In this document: positions 48,181 to 57,791 of the stretch, one piece after another | Layout: every line of letters begins with the position of its first letter | Numbering within the stretch: position 1 is the first letter of the stretch | IMG/VR virus record: IMGVR_UViG_3300043410_001952 | Length of the DNA stretch: 64,000 nt | Origin: an uncultured virus (IMG/VR IMGVR_UViG_3300043410_001952) | Taxonomy: Duplodnaviria > Heunggongvirae > Uroviricota > Caudoviricetes | Direction: 5' to 3' (one strand) | Notes under the pieces: model-generated | Seen by the model: only the letters and a program-made list of their open reading frames with translations | What the model was told of the DNA's origin: nothing | Database searches by the model: none | Translations under genes and position numbers: made by a program

Positions 48181-50571
48181 TTAAACCAATAATTTTAAAC
48201 CATCAATTACATCTTGCAATTCTTGTTTTTCATCGCCATCCATTGTTTCTAAAAGTACCTCCAAACCATCAATGACATCTTGTACATTTTCGGCTTGTTC
48301 TTCAGCTTCTTTTGTTGTTTCTACAACATCAACAACCTTATCATCTTTTACAAATACGATTTCTTCTTGTTGTGGCGTTATTTTTTCAATAACCATACCG
48401 TTGTCAACCTTACCTTGTTTTTTGTTGTCAGATAAGTCTAAATACTCATCCTCACGTATGCTTGATGGTGGTATAAAAGAACCAATATTGAATTTCACTT
48501 GGATTTGTGCAATGATTCTTTTGATAATGTTTTCAATGTGTTCCAATTCACTACCTGCTGGGTAAGGCGCAAAGTACGTTTCAGAAATAACATCATCCAT
48601 AGGAATATCTGCTACTAAATAGTTGCTTTCACGTTTTGCATCCAATAACATTTTCAATATCACTGTTTCAAATGCACGTGCAAATAATTCAACTTCACTA
48701 CTCCAATATTTTGTTCGGTTACTGACTACTATAACTTCTCTGCCTTTATCATCAAAACCCGAATAGTCAAAACGATTGTAAGCCGATTTATGGTAAAAGT
48801 AGCTTGTGCCTAACTTTAAAGGTATTTCGTAGCTATCAAGCCCAAAATGATTTATAATGTAACCAAACACTTTTATTTGCGTTGAATATATCCTATTTTG
48901 ATAATCAACTTTCATCAAATCTTCGTATTGGCTCAATGTTTCTTCAATTGTGTTTAAAATAACAACTGGCGTAGAAACCCAATTATAATTGATGTACTTG
49001 TAATACGTTGGTGCTGTGTTTAGTTTTTTAGCAAAAAATGTAAATGGTACTTTTGGTGTTACACCATCTTTACCTTTTCTACAAAAGTCCATAAACTCTT
49101 TGAACAGTTGGCTGATGTCGTAGTCTGGCATCATTCCCTGACTTGCGAATTTTGTTGTTGCTTGTTTTTTATCAAGTTCAACAATTACATTGTCTAAGTA
49201 ATGACCCCATTCGTGAGCCACCGAGCCATCACCATTACCTTTTGTAAGGTTTATATCCTTTGTTTGAGAATAATATGCAGCAGCGTGTCCTTTTCTACCT
49301 TTAGCACCAAAAGCAATAGCAAGTTTACCTAAGTCGTTTACTTGTTTGATATTGATGTTAAGTATATCCCCTAAATCACTCATTGCACCTAAAAAGTGTT
49401 TTGTGTGTTCTTTAGACCATTTATCATCAACATAAACCCCGTAATTAACCGCACTAAAACCAAAGTTTTCAATAACTGATTTTGGGCTTATATCTTCAAT
49501 TTTATAACCACCAATTCGCTTAATGTACGAAAGTGGTGCTTTGGTGTTGATAGCAACATTTTTCTCTTTTACAGATTCTGATTTTTCTTTTGGTGTTTCA
49601 AACCATGACCAATCATCCGATTTAGGTTGAACTGCTTTTAGTTTTTCCTCATAACGTGCCAACTCATTTTTGATACGTCTTTCGTAAAATTCAAAAACAA
49701 ATTTTCTAAAGGCTTCAATATCTTTTTTGTAAATATCTAAACTTGCAGAACTTAGTTTCCACTCTATTCTCATGGCACTTCTAAGTTCCGTTTCAGTCAT
49801 GTACTTATATCTCTTGATTATTTCCTCATTGGCTTCGGTAAATCGCTTTTTCCTTTCTAACAAGTCTGCAACCAACACCTCCGATTCGGCTTTGCTTATA
49901 GCTTCTTTAGAAGATGCTTGTACCCAAATATCATTACCAGCGTTTGAATCCCTAAACAACGTATTTCTAAACCTTGCACCAAATACTTCTTCACATAATT
50001 TTGCAGCAAGTCCATAACTATACAAAAATGCTACTCTATAAGCACCACTCGTTTTAATTGCTTGGATTAACTTTTCTTGCGTTTCAACGTTTTCTTTTAA
50101 TATGCTTGGGTCAATGAAGTTAGCAATCACTTCTTCAGTAGTCATTTTTTTATACCTTTCGGTTAAATCACCAATATCCTTAACAGTATAACATTTACTC
50201 AAATCATTCTGCAAGTTCTCCAAAAAGTAAACGTATGCCTCACGTTTTTTAACCTCATTTTTTGGTCGGGTTGGTGCGGATTCCCTAATTTTTACCTTTA
50301 GGAATGTAGCACCAGATGATACACCCATTTCTTTTTGAAGATTTACGTCAATTGGATTCCAAACATTTTCCTTTTTGACCATATTGTAAGCCATAACAGG
50401 GTCTTGCTCCAAATCGGTAAGTATCGAAGTGCTTATTAGCTTGTAGGCAGACTTTTCCTTCTTAGTTTGCGCTACCCTACCAACGTCTTTAAACTCTTTC
50501 TTCTCTTGCTGTTTAACAAGTTTTTGTTCTACTTGTTGCTTAATTTTATCTATTTCTGATAATTCTGACAT
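48181..50571 (-). CDS. large polyvalent protein with zincin motif and LPD1-like domain
   Basis: FGFSAVNYG, LAIAFGAKG, GSVAHEWGHYLD, YWSSEVELFARAFE, PYP.G.E. Confidence 0.8.
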   Translation of the reverse strand: MSELSEIDKIKQQVEQKLVKQQEKKEFKDVGRVAQTKKEKSAYKLISTSILTDLEQDPVMAYNMVKKENVWNPIDVNLQKEMGVSSGATFLKVKIRESAPTRPKNEVKKREAYVYFLENLQNDLSKCYTVKDIGDLTERYKKMTTEEVIANFIDPSILKENVETQEKLIQAIKTSGAYRVAFLYSYGLAAKLCEEVFGARFRNTLFRDSNAGNDIWVQASSKEAISKAESEVLVADLLERKKRFTEANEEIIKRYKYMTETELRSAMRIEWKLSSASLDIYKKDIEAFRKFVFEFYERRIKNELARYEEKLKAVQPKSDDWSWFETPKEKSESVKEKNVAINTKAPLSYIKRIGGYKIEDISPKSVIENFGFSAVNYGVYVDDKWSKEHTKHFLGAMSDLGDILNINIKQVNDLGKLAIAFGAKGRKGHAAAYYSQTKDINLTKGNGDGSVAHEWGHYLDNVIVELDKKQATTKFASQGMMPDYDISQLFKEFMDFCRKGKDGVTPKVPFTFFAKKLNTAPTYYKYINYNWVSTPVVILNTIEETLSQYEDLMKVDYQNRIYSTQIKVFGYIINHFGLDSYEIPLKLGTSYFYHKSAYNRFDYSGFDDKGREVIVVSNRTKYWSSEVELFARAFETVILKMLLDAKRESNYLVADIPMDDVISETYFAPYPAGSELEHIENIIKRIIAQIQVKFNIGSFIPPSSIREDEYLDLSDNKKQGKVDNGMVIEKITPQQEEIVFVKDDKVVDVVETTKEAEEQAENVQDVIDGLEVLLETMDGDEKQELQDVIDGLKLLV

Positions 50572-50583
50572 ATCAATTTTAAA

Positions 50584-52974
50584 TTAAATGTTGTTTGAAC
50601 CAAATTGGTCTTCCATAATCATTCTGTCAATCTCATCCTGCAGTTCGTGTGAAGTAGGCGCATATTCTTTTCTACCCCTTTTACGAGTTAAGTTATCATG
50701 CGCTTTTGCAATCAACTTTTCAATTTCGATGTTACCGCCTACTTCCATTTTTGGCTTCAAATGTTTATGTTCAATATCGGCAATGTAAGTATAGTCATCC
50801 ATTGTTAATTCTGGCTTATTTTTTAAGTCTAACAAGCGTTCAACCATTTCATGTAACTCTGCATCCGATTTAATATCCTCATGTGCTAATTCCAATGTTC
50901 TAATAAGAAGTGGAATATCCAATGTTACTGTATCTTTTGCATCAACTGAACCACCATCTTTCATATAAAGTTGGTCAATTGAAATACGAATATCTCTACC
51001 ACTTTTAGTTGTTCCTAAAACCTCTTGTACTTTATGACCATCTCCATTTTTGATTGTTTTTATCATAAATGAATCTTTATCCAAATGTTCGTTGAAATGA
51101 TATTGACAGTATTCGTCTAAATGTTGCATTAAAATATTATACGATTCTGATGCGCCTTTTTCAACTTTTCCACCATTTTTCATTTTAATATTTTTATAGG
51201 TTATTGCATCTCTATCAATTATAAAAACATTTTTATTATCGAGTTCTGGCAAAATTGTCAATGTATCAAATCTTCGTGCGCTTTTAATATAATAATCAGA
51301 AACCATATTTGCTTGTGTAAAATCTAAATTGAATAATTTTTCAAGCATTCCGTTTAAAAAATCTACATTGATTGTATCAATACATTTTAATCCTTTTTGA
51401 CCACCACTATTATATGTTATGATAACTCCTTTTAAACTTAATGGAAATAGTCCATAAGCATCCATATAATTATTTGTTTCGCTTAAATCTAAGTAATAAC
51501 CATTTGTTAAAATAGTTTCAGTATTCTTAATAAAATCAGAATAGTTTTTAATGTTGCCACCATCTTTGTATCGAATATCTTTTTTAATCGTTTCCCAATC
51601 ACTATTTAATAATTCAACCTTAGTTTTACTTTGAATAACTTTATGTTTATCATCAACATAAACAAATGGCGCAGTATAAATTATTACATCTTCATTTTTT
51701 TCAACATCGTAAGTGTGCATTGTCATTTGAAAATGATTTTTTGGATTTTTACTTTCATTCACAAAATCAACCATACCAACAGGAAATCCATTTTTAATAG
51801 CTATTTGTTGTAAATATTGCATTGCAACAATAGAATTTATTTTTTCTATTGAATCATAATCTTCTTTGTAAGTTTTAAGATATTCAGATTCAATCATTTT
51901 GTTAAATTCAACTATACCACCTTTAGCCATCTTTTGAACACTTATGCCCAATTCTTCAAACAAATCGTTGTCTTGCGAATAATTACCTGACTTTGATTTT
52001 CCTGTTTGTGCTTTGTAAATAAATGCTTTTAAACGTGCTAATCCCCATGCAGTCCTACTATTTGGCTTACCACCACTAATCGTTGGTCTATGAGAATACG
52101 AATACGCACCCATACCACGCCTAACAACCGCTTTTGCAACCGAAAGCGTTATTTTTTTACTTGGGTGTTCATCGTTGTGTTCATCAATCAATCGTTGAAT
52201 GGATGAAATTGTCTTGTCATCAAATTTAATATCACTTGCCTTTGATGAGGTTGATGCGCTACCTTTCTCGTTAAACTTACTTCCCTTAATTCTATCTTTC
52301 AAAGGGGCAGGTGTTTGTGATATTGTGCGCCCACCATCCTTCATTTTTTGCTTACGTTCTTCGATTTTGGCAATCTTTTCCTCAATAAGTTGTTTCATGT
52401 ACGCCCAACCCTTGTCTACCTTATCGCACCATTTTAACATGGCAACAACACCTTCAATTCTGAAATCTTTGGCGTGTCTGGCAACGTAGGCTCTCCATTT
52501 TATGTACATCCATTCTTCAGATTCTAACCAATAACCTCTTTTAGATACACGTAATAAGTTTTCAAATGCTTCGTTACCAAAAATATTTCCTCCTAACTTC
52601 CAAATTTCTGGGTGTTTGGATTTAATGTTTTTGGCATAATTTACAATCATTTTGCTTGGTATATGATTGGGGTTGAAATCTATTTTGCCACCATGTTCAT
52701 AGTTATCTTCGGGGTCTTCATCAAATGCCCCTGCTGGTGGTTCAATTGCTACACCATTTCCTGCTGATTGATTTATGCGTGATAATTCTTTCCAATGTTT
52801 TTTTGATGCCTCACGATTGATAATTACTTCCCCACCCTCTAATTCAACTGGCTTTCCTCCTGCATCTGTTACAACTGCTTTGATTCCCCCAAGTGGTTTG
52901 CCATTCTTATCGTAGTGTCGTTTCCCTACTAACCAACCACCTTTTCTGCCATCATTAGTTTGCTTTTTCTCCAT
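50584..52974 (-). CDS. large multidomain protein with [MY]xxGG linkers, includes a DUF5824-like domain
   Basis: GKRH..GGI...ELEGGEVIIN; VVRRGMGAY..SHRP...AWGLARLKAF. Confidence 0.65.
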   Translation of the reverse strand: MEKKQTNDGRKGGWLVGKRHYDKNGKPLGGIKAVVTDAGGKPVELEGGEVIINREASKKHWKELSRINQSAGNGVAIEPPAGAFDEDPEDNYEHGGKIDFNPNHIPSKMIVNYAKNIKSKHPEIWKLGGNIFGNEAFENLLRVSKRGYWLESEEWMYIKWRAYVARHAKDFRIEGVVAMLKWCDKVDKGWAYMKQLIEEKIAKIEERKQKMKDGGRTISQTPAPLKDRIKGSKFNEKGSASTSSKASDIKFDDKTISSIQRLIDEHNDEHPSKKITLSVAKAVVRRGMGAYSYSHRPTISGGKPNSRTAWGLARLKAFIYKAQTGKSKSGNYSQDNDLFEELGISVQKMAKGGIVEFNKMIESEYLKTYKEDYDSIEKINSIVAMQYLQQIAIKNGFPVGMVDFVNESKNPKNHFQMTMHTYDVEKNEDVIIYTAPFVYVDDKHKVIQSKTKVELLNSDWETIKKDIRYKDGGNIKNYSDFIKNTETILTNGYYLDLSETNNYMDAYGLFPLSLKGVIITYNSGGQKGLKCIDTINVDFLNGMLEKLFNLDFTQANMVSDYYIKSARRFDTLTILPELDNKNVFIIDRDAITYKNIKMKNGGKVEKGASESYNILMQHLDEYCQYHFNEHLDKDSFMIKTIKNGDGHKVQEVLGTTKSGRDIRISIDQLYMKDGGSVDAKDTVTLDIPLLIRTLELAHEDIKSDAELHEMVERLLDLKNKPELTMDDYTYIADIEHKHLKPKMEVGGNIEIEKLIAKAHDNLTRKRGRKEYAPTSHELQDEIDRMIMEDQFGSNNI

Positions 52975-52996
52975 AAAATGTGCAATTGTTGATTTA

Positions 52997-53123
52997 CAAA
53001 TGTATTGAAAATAAATACATAAAACATCAAAAGAATAAAGTTTGTATAAACATACAAAGCTGAAGTGTACACAAAATAAATTGTTGAAATAAAATGATTT
53101 AATGATATGATTTTTTATTTTTG
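52997..53123. promoter_or_regulatory. divergent Bacteroidota promoter pair
   Basis: TACATTTG minus (52997-53004), TATTTTTG plus (53116-53123). Confidence 0.6.
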
Positions 53124-53146
53124 TACGTTACAAATACTATTTTGAT

Positions 53147-53317
53147 ATGAATAAGAAAAAAATAGCAATAATCATTATATCAATACTTGCTCTTGGGGGT
53201 ATTGGATATTTTGGTTATAAATACTTTATGAAAAATTCAGGAAATGCAGAAAAAGACAATCGAAGAATTAGGCTTTTTAGGAATCTTGATTTTACTGAAA
53301 ATGATGATAATGATTAA
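53147..53317 (+). CDS. 56-aa membrane protein (not in ORF track)
   Basis: MNKKKIAIIIISILALGGIGYFGYKYF... Confidence 0.65.
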   Translation: MNKKKIAIIIISILALGGIGYFGYKYFMKNSGNAEKDNRRIRLFRNLDFTENDDND

Positions 53318-53322
53318 AGATT

Positions 53323-54036
53323 ATGGCAACACTTAATTTAGCAATCCCACAAACAGGGTTAGTTTCTCCAGCAAACTGGGGTAGTCGTGCTTCAATAGTA
53401 TCAATGATGAATAGAATTATTGATAATTATGGGGGCTATTTAAAATTCGCTTCTGAAAATTCTAAAATTCCAATTGAAGTTCTTGCTGCTTTTATTGCGG
53501 TAGAAAGTGGAGGAAATCCAAGTGCAGGAAGACAAGGAGGTGTTACGCAAGGATTGATGCAGTGGAATAGACAATATATTTATGCCACTCTTGAAGCAGA
53601 GTATAAAATGGGAAGATTATCACCTGCTGAAAAACAAAAACTTGCATCTTATGGGCTTACTTTTAGTCCAAATGGCACACTTAATCGTAAAGTAACAAAC
53701 GCTGACCAACTCAAACCTGAGTTAAATATTGTAATTGGTTCAATTTTATTAGGACAAATGCTTGATAGTTATTTTGATGGTGGTAAAAAAACTAATATTT
53801 GGGCTACTGACAAAGATGGAAAGTTACGCCTTGATAGAGTTATAGCAGTTTATAACGCAGGTCCTTATGGAGATATTGGTAAGGCTGGTAGGCTTGGTAA
53901 CCATCCAACTCCAAAAGATTTAGCAAGAGTAGTACCAGAACCTACAAAATCATACATTAAAAAAATTATGGGTACAAATGGGGCATTAGATGTGGCAACA
54001 AAAGAATTAGCACCAAAGATTTCACAAATAGCTTAA
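53323..54036 (+). CDS. lytic transglycosylase (SLT/GH23)
   Basis: IAVESGG, GLMQ, NI..GS, YNAG, TKSYI. Confidence 0.9.
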   Translation: MATLNLAIPQTGLVSPANWGSRASIVSMMNRIIDNYGGYLKFASENSKIPIEVLAAFIAVESGGNPSAGRQGGVTQGLMQWNRQYIYATLEAEYKMGRLSPAEKQKLASYGLTFSPNGTLNRKVTNADQLKPELNIVIGSILLGQMLDSYFDGGKKTNIWATDKDGKLRLDRVIAVYNAGPYGDIGKAGRLGNHPTPKDLARVVPEPTKSYIKKIMGTNGALDVATKELAPKISQIA

Positions 54037-54084
54037 ATATTTGTATATTTACATCGTTTGTTTAGTGTTTTCATGGTTAAAACG

Positions 54085-54124
54085 AAAAAAGGGGTAAGTG
54101 TTTTACATTTATCTCTTTTTTTTT
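54085..54124 (+). terminator. intrinsic terminator
   Basis: GGGGTAAGTG/CATTTATCTC stem + T9. Confidence 0.65.
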
Positions 54125-54199
54125 ATATATTTGTACTCAAGGTGGTTATTTTGATTGGTGGTTCTCTCAAACATTTTCATAAAAACATATTTTTTTTTC

Positions 54200-54232
54200 A
54201 AAGAAAGCGGATGTTTTGCATCTGCTTTTTTT
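54200..54232 (+). terminator. intrinsic terminator
   Basis: AAAGCGGATG/CATCTGCTTT stem + T run. Confidence 0.7.
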
Positions 54233-54234
54233 GT

Positions 54235-54242
54235 TATATTTG
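54235..54242 (+). promoter_or_regulatory. Bacteroidota -7 element, tmRNA promoter
   Basis: TATATTTG just upstream of the acceptor piece. Confidence 0.65.
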
Positions 54243-54249
54243 TACGTTG

Positions 54250-54530
54250 ATTTTCCTTTTGGAAGGTTTATATTAGTCGTATGTTTGGACGGGAGTTCGA
54301 ATCTCCTCACCTCCACTAATAAAAGTTTCCAATGTGTCAATTAACGAGTTAGGCATTTATGCAACCCTCGTTTGTTTTGGGGGTGTTCTGGTTTTTGACA
54401 AGCATAAAAGAGGTATGAGTTATATCAACACAAAAATTAACTGGCAAAATTGTCAACCTGTTTCCACAAGCTACAAGTTTAGCTGCGTAGAACGAAATTA
54501 AAGGGGCGAACAATAGTACCCCCTTTTTTT
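54250..54530 (+). ncRNA. ssrA: circularly permuted (two-piece) tmRNA; ends approximate
   Basis: T arm GGGAG-TTCGAAT-CTCCT + CACCTCC-A (54291-54315) precedes GGGGGTG..TTGAC (54379-); G3.U70 pair; tag GKIVNLFPQATSLAA at 54443-54490. Confidence 0.9.
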
Positions 54531-54533
54531 TTT
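54500..54533 (+). terminator. terminator between tmRNA and the convergent RusA-like gene
   Basis: AAAGGGG...CCCCTTTTTTTTTT. Confidence 0.7.
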
Positions 54534-55020
54534 ATTGAAATATGATTATTGAACCTTTATAAGCCCAACGCTTTTCAGCTTTTTCATACCACACATTTGA
54601 ATCATTTTTACAAAAAGTATCTTTAATTCCTTTGGTGATATTGTCTGTGTCTGGTTTTACTTCGCAAGGCAATCCATTCATGTGTTTTTTCTTTTTCTCA
54701 CTCCATGAATTAGGCATAGGTATAAGATATAAAGCATCAAGTGTTTTTCCAAGAGTGAAATCCATTTCTTTAGCTTGGAGTAGCAATATTGTTTTGAAAT
54801 GAAAATAGTTTGTTACACACGTTCTCTGTCGTTTTCTTGGGTCAGGGTGATTAGGATTAGTTTTCCATTTATCTGATTGTGTCATACGAGGCGCACCCAT
54901 TGGTATTATATCAAACAAATAAAACCTACGTGTATTGTCAAGTTTGTAAAATTTATTATCAATGTTCAAAGGCGTTCCATTATTAAAATGGCACTTACCA
55001 AAGCTACTTTTTATTCTCAA
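54532..55020 (-). CDS. RusA-like Holliday junction resolvase
   Basis: PMGAPRMT; PMP.SWS.KKK; KPDTDNITKGIKD...ND. Confidence 0.8.
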   Translation of the reverse strand: MRIKSSFGKCHFNNGTPLNIDNKFYKLDNTRRFYLFDIIPMGAPRMTQSDKWKTNPNHPDPRKRQRTCVTNYFHFKTILLLQAKEMDFTLGKTLDALYLIPMPNSWSEKKKKHMNGLPCEVKPDTDNITKGIKDTFCKNDSNVWYEKAEKRWAYKGSIIIFQ

Positions 55021-55774
55021 GTTGTGTCTTTTTTGTAAGAATTATTTGTTCAAATTTAATCCTTTTAGAACAAGCTACTATTATTCCATCTTCGCAAAAA
55101 GTATCGTTTAGGTCAACCTCAAATATTATGTTCATGTGGTGCTTTATAAAATCCAAGCAGTTGTAATGTAAATCGTTTGTATGGGTTGAAACGAATAGAT
55201 AATCAATAATATCTTTAGAAAATGATTTTTTTGCACCATCTAACATTTCTAATTCAAACCCTTGAATATCAGAGTGTAAAATATCAATTTTTTTTATCTC
55301 TCTTTTTTCACAAAAATCATCTACTTTAAAAGCACTTGAACTTACAAAGTCATGTATAAATTCGCCATTTTTGTTGTTCAAATCAAAGTTATTTTTACCC
55401 TTTGAAAGTAAATCTTCATCTGCTTCAATACAAATTGTTTTGCCATTGTTGTGTTTTTGAAGAAATGAAAGCGAATAAAATGCCCAATAGCTTCCAAGTT
55501 CAATCATCAATGGTTTTTTTGAGTATATATTATCCAAAACTTTTGAAAAAACATACTCTTCTTGTGGCTCATGAATACCTTTATTTAAAAGTAAAATATC
55601 AGAAAAATTATCATAATAAGATTGATTCTGAATCTTAACACCATTGTACATTGTTATCACATCATCAATACAACTCCCTGCGTTTTCACACTTTGAAATT
55701 AGGTCGTTTGTTGGGTCTGATAAAATTGTATTAAACCTTCTAAAATAAGGGTGGTTTTCAATGTTTTCAATCAT
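55004..55774 (-). CDS. FkbM-family methyltransferase
   Basis: MIELGSYW, IEAD, IDILHSDIQGFE. Confidence 0.8.
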   Translation of the reverse strand: MIENIENHPYFRRFNTILSDPTNDLISKCENAGSCIDDVITMYNGVKIQNQSYYDNFSDILLLNKGIHEPQEEYVFSKVLDNIYSKKPLMIELGSYWAFYSLSFLQKHNNGKTICIEADEDLLSKGKNNFDLNNKNGEFIHDFVSSSAFKVDDFCEKREIKKIDILHSDIQGFELEMLDGAKKSFSKDIIDYLFVSTHTNDLHYNCLDFIKHHMNIIFEVDLNDTFCEDGIIVACSKRIKFEQIILTKKTQLENKK

Positions 55775-56355
55775 TTTGCCATTATTAAGTTTTCTGCATT
55801 TATGGCAATTGTTTTGAATCCAAATTTTTCAATGTAATCTATGTATTTTTGAGTTTCAACTCCATTTGTTTCAATACAAATCATTTGGCACTTTACATCA
55901 TCTAAATCAATTTGAATTAAAATCTCATAGTCTACCCCTCCACAATCTATTGAAATGAAATCAAACACCTTATACTTTGATAATTCAAGAAAAGATTTAA
56001 AATCTAAAACCCTACAACTTATTTTTTGAAATTCAAATTCACCATGCCATCTTTGAATTTCGCTTTCTTTCAATGTTGAATAAAACGTATCGTTGGCGTT
56101 TAGGGTACACATTCCACTTTTTTCACCTATTGCACATTCAAAAAGTTGTACATTTTCAAAATCTTTACAATTTGTTTTTAATTTCTCAAAAATATCAGGG
56201 TTTGGCTCAACAAGAACACCACTCCATCCATTTTCAAGCAAGGCACGTGTATTGGACAGCTCAACACCATTGTAAGCCCCCAAATCTAAAAACACACCTT
56301 TAAAATCTTTGAAATAATTTTTAACTATTTCCTCTTCGTTATTTTGTGAATACAT
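55771..56355 (-). CDS. FkbM-family methyltransferase
   Basis: YSQ, FLDLGAYNG..SNT, GVLVEP, DFISID. Confidence 0.9.
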   Translation of the reverse strand: MYSQNNEEEIVKNYFKDFKGVFLDLGAYNGVELSNTRALLENGWSGVLVEPNPDIFEKLKTNCKDFENVQLFECAIGEKSGMCTLNANDTFYSTLKESEIQRWHGEFEFQKISCRVLDFKSFLELSKYKVFDFISIDCGGVDYEILIQIDLDDVKCQMICIETNGVETQKYIDYIEKFGFKTIAINAENLIMAK

Positions 56356-56359
56356 ACTT

Positions 56360-57007
56360 TTAATTTAAGTCAAACTTTTGTTGTTGTCTTTTTTGGAAAA
56401 TTGATTCATCATGCCCTGCAAAACTTTCAGTATAATGATATTGAGCATCCATTGATATTTTACCAGTAGCTGGGTGCAAATGCTCATAAATCCAACAATT
56501 TACAAACTTATAACAACCAAGCAATCTTGCTACCTCTGTTGTTTCGTTGTCACACCAAACAGATATATATTCTGGGTGATAAACATACCCAAATCTATCG
56601 TAATAATCTCTTCCTAAAACACTAAGCGTTATCAATTTATCAAAGTGTATCGTATCAGGGAAATGAATACATTGGTCAAGATTATCAAAACTATTTCGAA
56701 TAATCGTATCAAAACCTCTTTGAGTAAAAATCATATCGTCTGACATATTTACCAAAATATCCCATTCATCAAACAAATCTACATCTCTATTTATTGCATT
56801 TACTTTGCCAGTAGAAGTTCCATAAATAAAACGTATTTTGTCATTTGTCATGTATTTTTTTACCATCTCACGCATTGAATCGTCATCTAAATCAATAGAC
56901 ACCAAAACAATGTAGTTATCACTTTCTACGTTGTCAATGATTGACCTCAAGCCACGTTCAAACCAATCAGGGCGTGTTCGTGTTGTGTAGTTAAACAAAA
57001 TTTTCAT
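56360..57007 (-). CDS. GT-A glycosyltransferase
   Basis: TRTRP, D.DD, AINR, NMSDDM, Y.SVWCD.E, EHLH. Confidence 0.8.
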   Translation of the reverse strand: MKILFNYTTRTRPDWFERGLRSIIDNVESDNYIVLVSIDLDDDSMREMVKKYMTNDKIRFIYGTSTGKVNAINRDVDLFDEWDILVNMSDDMIFTQRGFDTIIRNSFDNLDQCIHFPDTIHFDKLITLSVLGRDYYDRFGYVYHPEYISVWCDNETTEVARLLGCYKFVNCWIYEHLHPATGKISMDAQYHYTESFAGHDESIFQKRQQQKFDLN

Positions 57008-57791
57008 TGATAGAATTTAAACTTTTTAATACTTCACTAATATGATTTTGTGGAATATCTCTTATGATTATCCCATGTTTGCTTTTAAAGTAATCAGATG
57101 CTTTATAGAAACAATCTAAAAAATCACTTCTGTTTCCAATACTTGATTCTTGAATTGAATTTTCTATTTCTTGTAAATATTTATCAGATTCTTTTATGTC
57201 TGCAAATGTCCAAAATGGAGGGTGCATACCAGCCTTAATGATTTGATAGGTGTGTTCAACGTGTTCTGATGCGTTAAAGAAATTTTCATCCATCAAACCT
57301 ACTTTTTCAATGCACAATTTGCTGTAATAACTAAAAGCACCAACACACGCTTGGTATAGTTGAAATTCTACTCCCTCGTGTTTTAGTGTAACAAGTGGGC
57401 TTGGATTATAATTCGAATCTCTATTTGCAGGACCATGCAATGCAAAATTAAAATGCTGTATGCCTATAACTTTTGATGCTTCAATGTATTTTTCGAAAAC
57501 TTGAGGGCTTTGTATTAAAATGTCATCTTCCATGATGAAGATATGGTCGCAACCTTTATCCATTAAAAATTGAATAGCTTTGTTTTTTGTTTTGCCTACA
57601 CCTAAGTTTGTTTCGTTTTGAATAACTGACTCATGCTTACCAAAATAACTTTTTAAATCATAAGGTGTGCCATCATTTACGATAACAAAAAAATCAATTT
57701 TATTAAATGGAATTGTTTGAATTACTTGTTTGAAATAATCCTCTCTTTTGTGCGTTACAATGCCAAGACCTATTTTATCCATTATTAGCAT
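56991..57791 (-). CDS. GT2 glycosyltransferase
   Basis: IVNDG, N.GV..TKN, FIMEDD, VG.MDE.F. Confidence 0.85.
   Translation of the reverse strand: MLIMDKIGLGIVTHKREDYFKQVIQTIPFNKIDFFVIVNDGTPYDLKSYFGKHESVIQNETNLGVGKTKNKAIQFLMDKGCDHIFIMEDDILIQSPQVFEKYIEASKVIGIQHFNFALHGPANRDSNYNPSPLVTLKHEGVEFQLYQACVGAFSYYSKLCIEKVGLMDENFFNASEHVEHTYQIIKAGMHPPFWTFADIKESDKYLQEIENSIQESSIGNRSDFLDCFYKASDYFKSKHGIIIRDIPQNHISEVLKSLNSINENFV

Noticed and set aside
54058..54276. 72-aa ORF in the track
   Set aside because: TTG start, low complexity, spans two terminators and the tmRNA promoter
54291..54318. tRNA gene or attP remnant
   Set aside because: The T arm pairs with a downstream 5' piece followed by a tag ORF, so a permuted tmRNA explains it better
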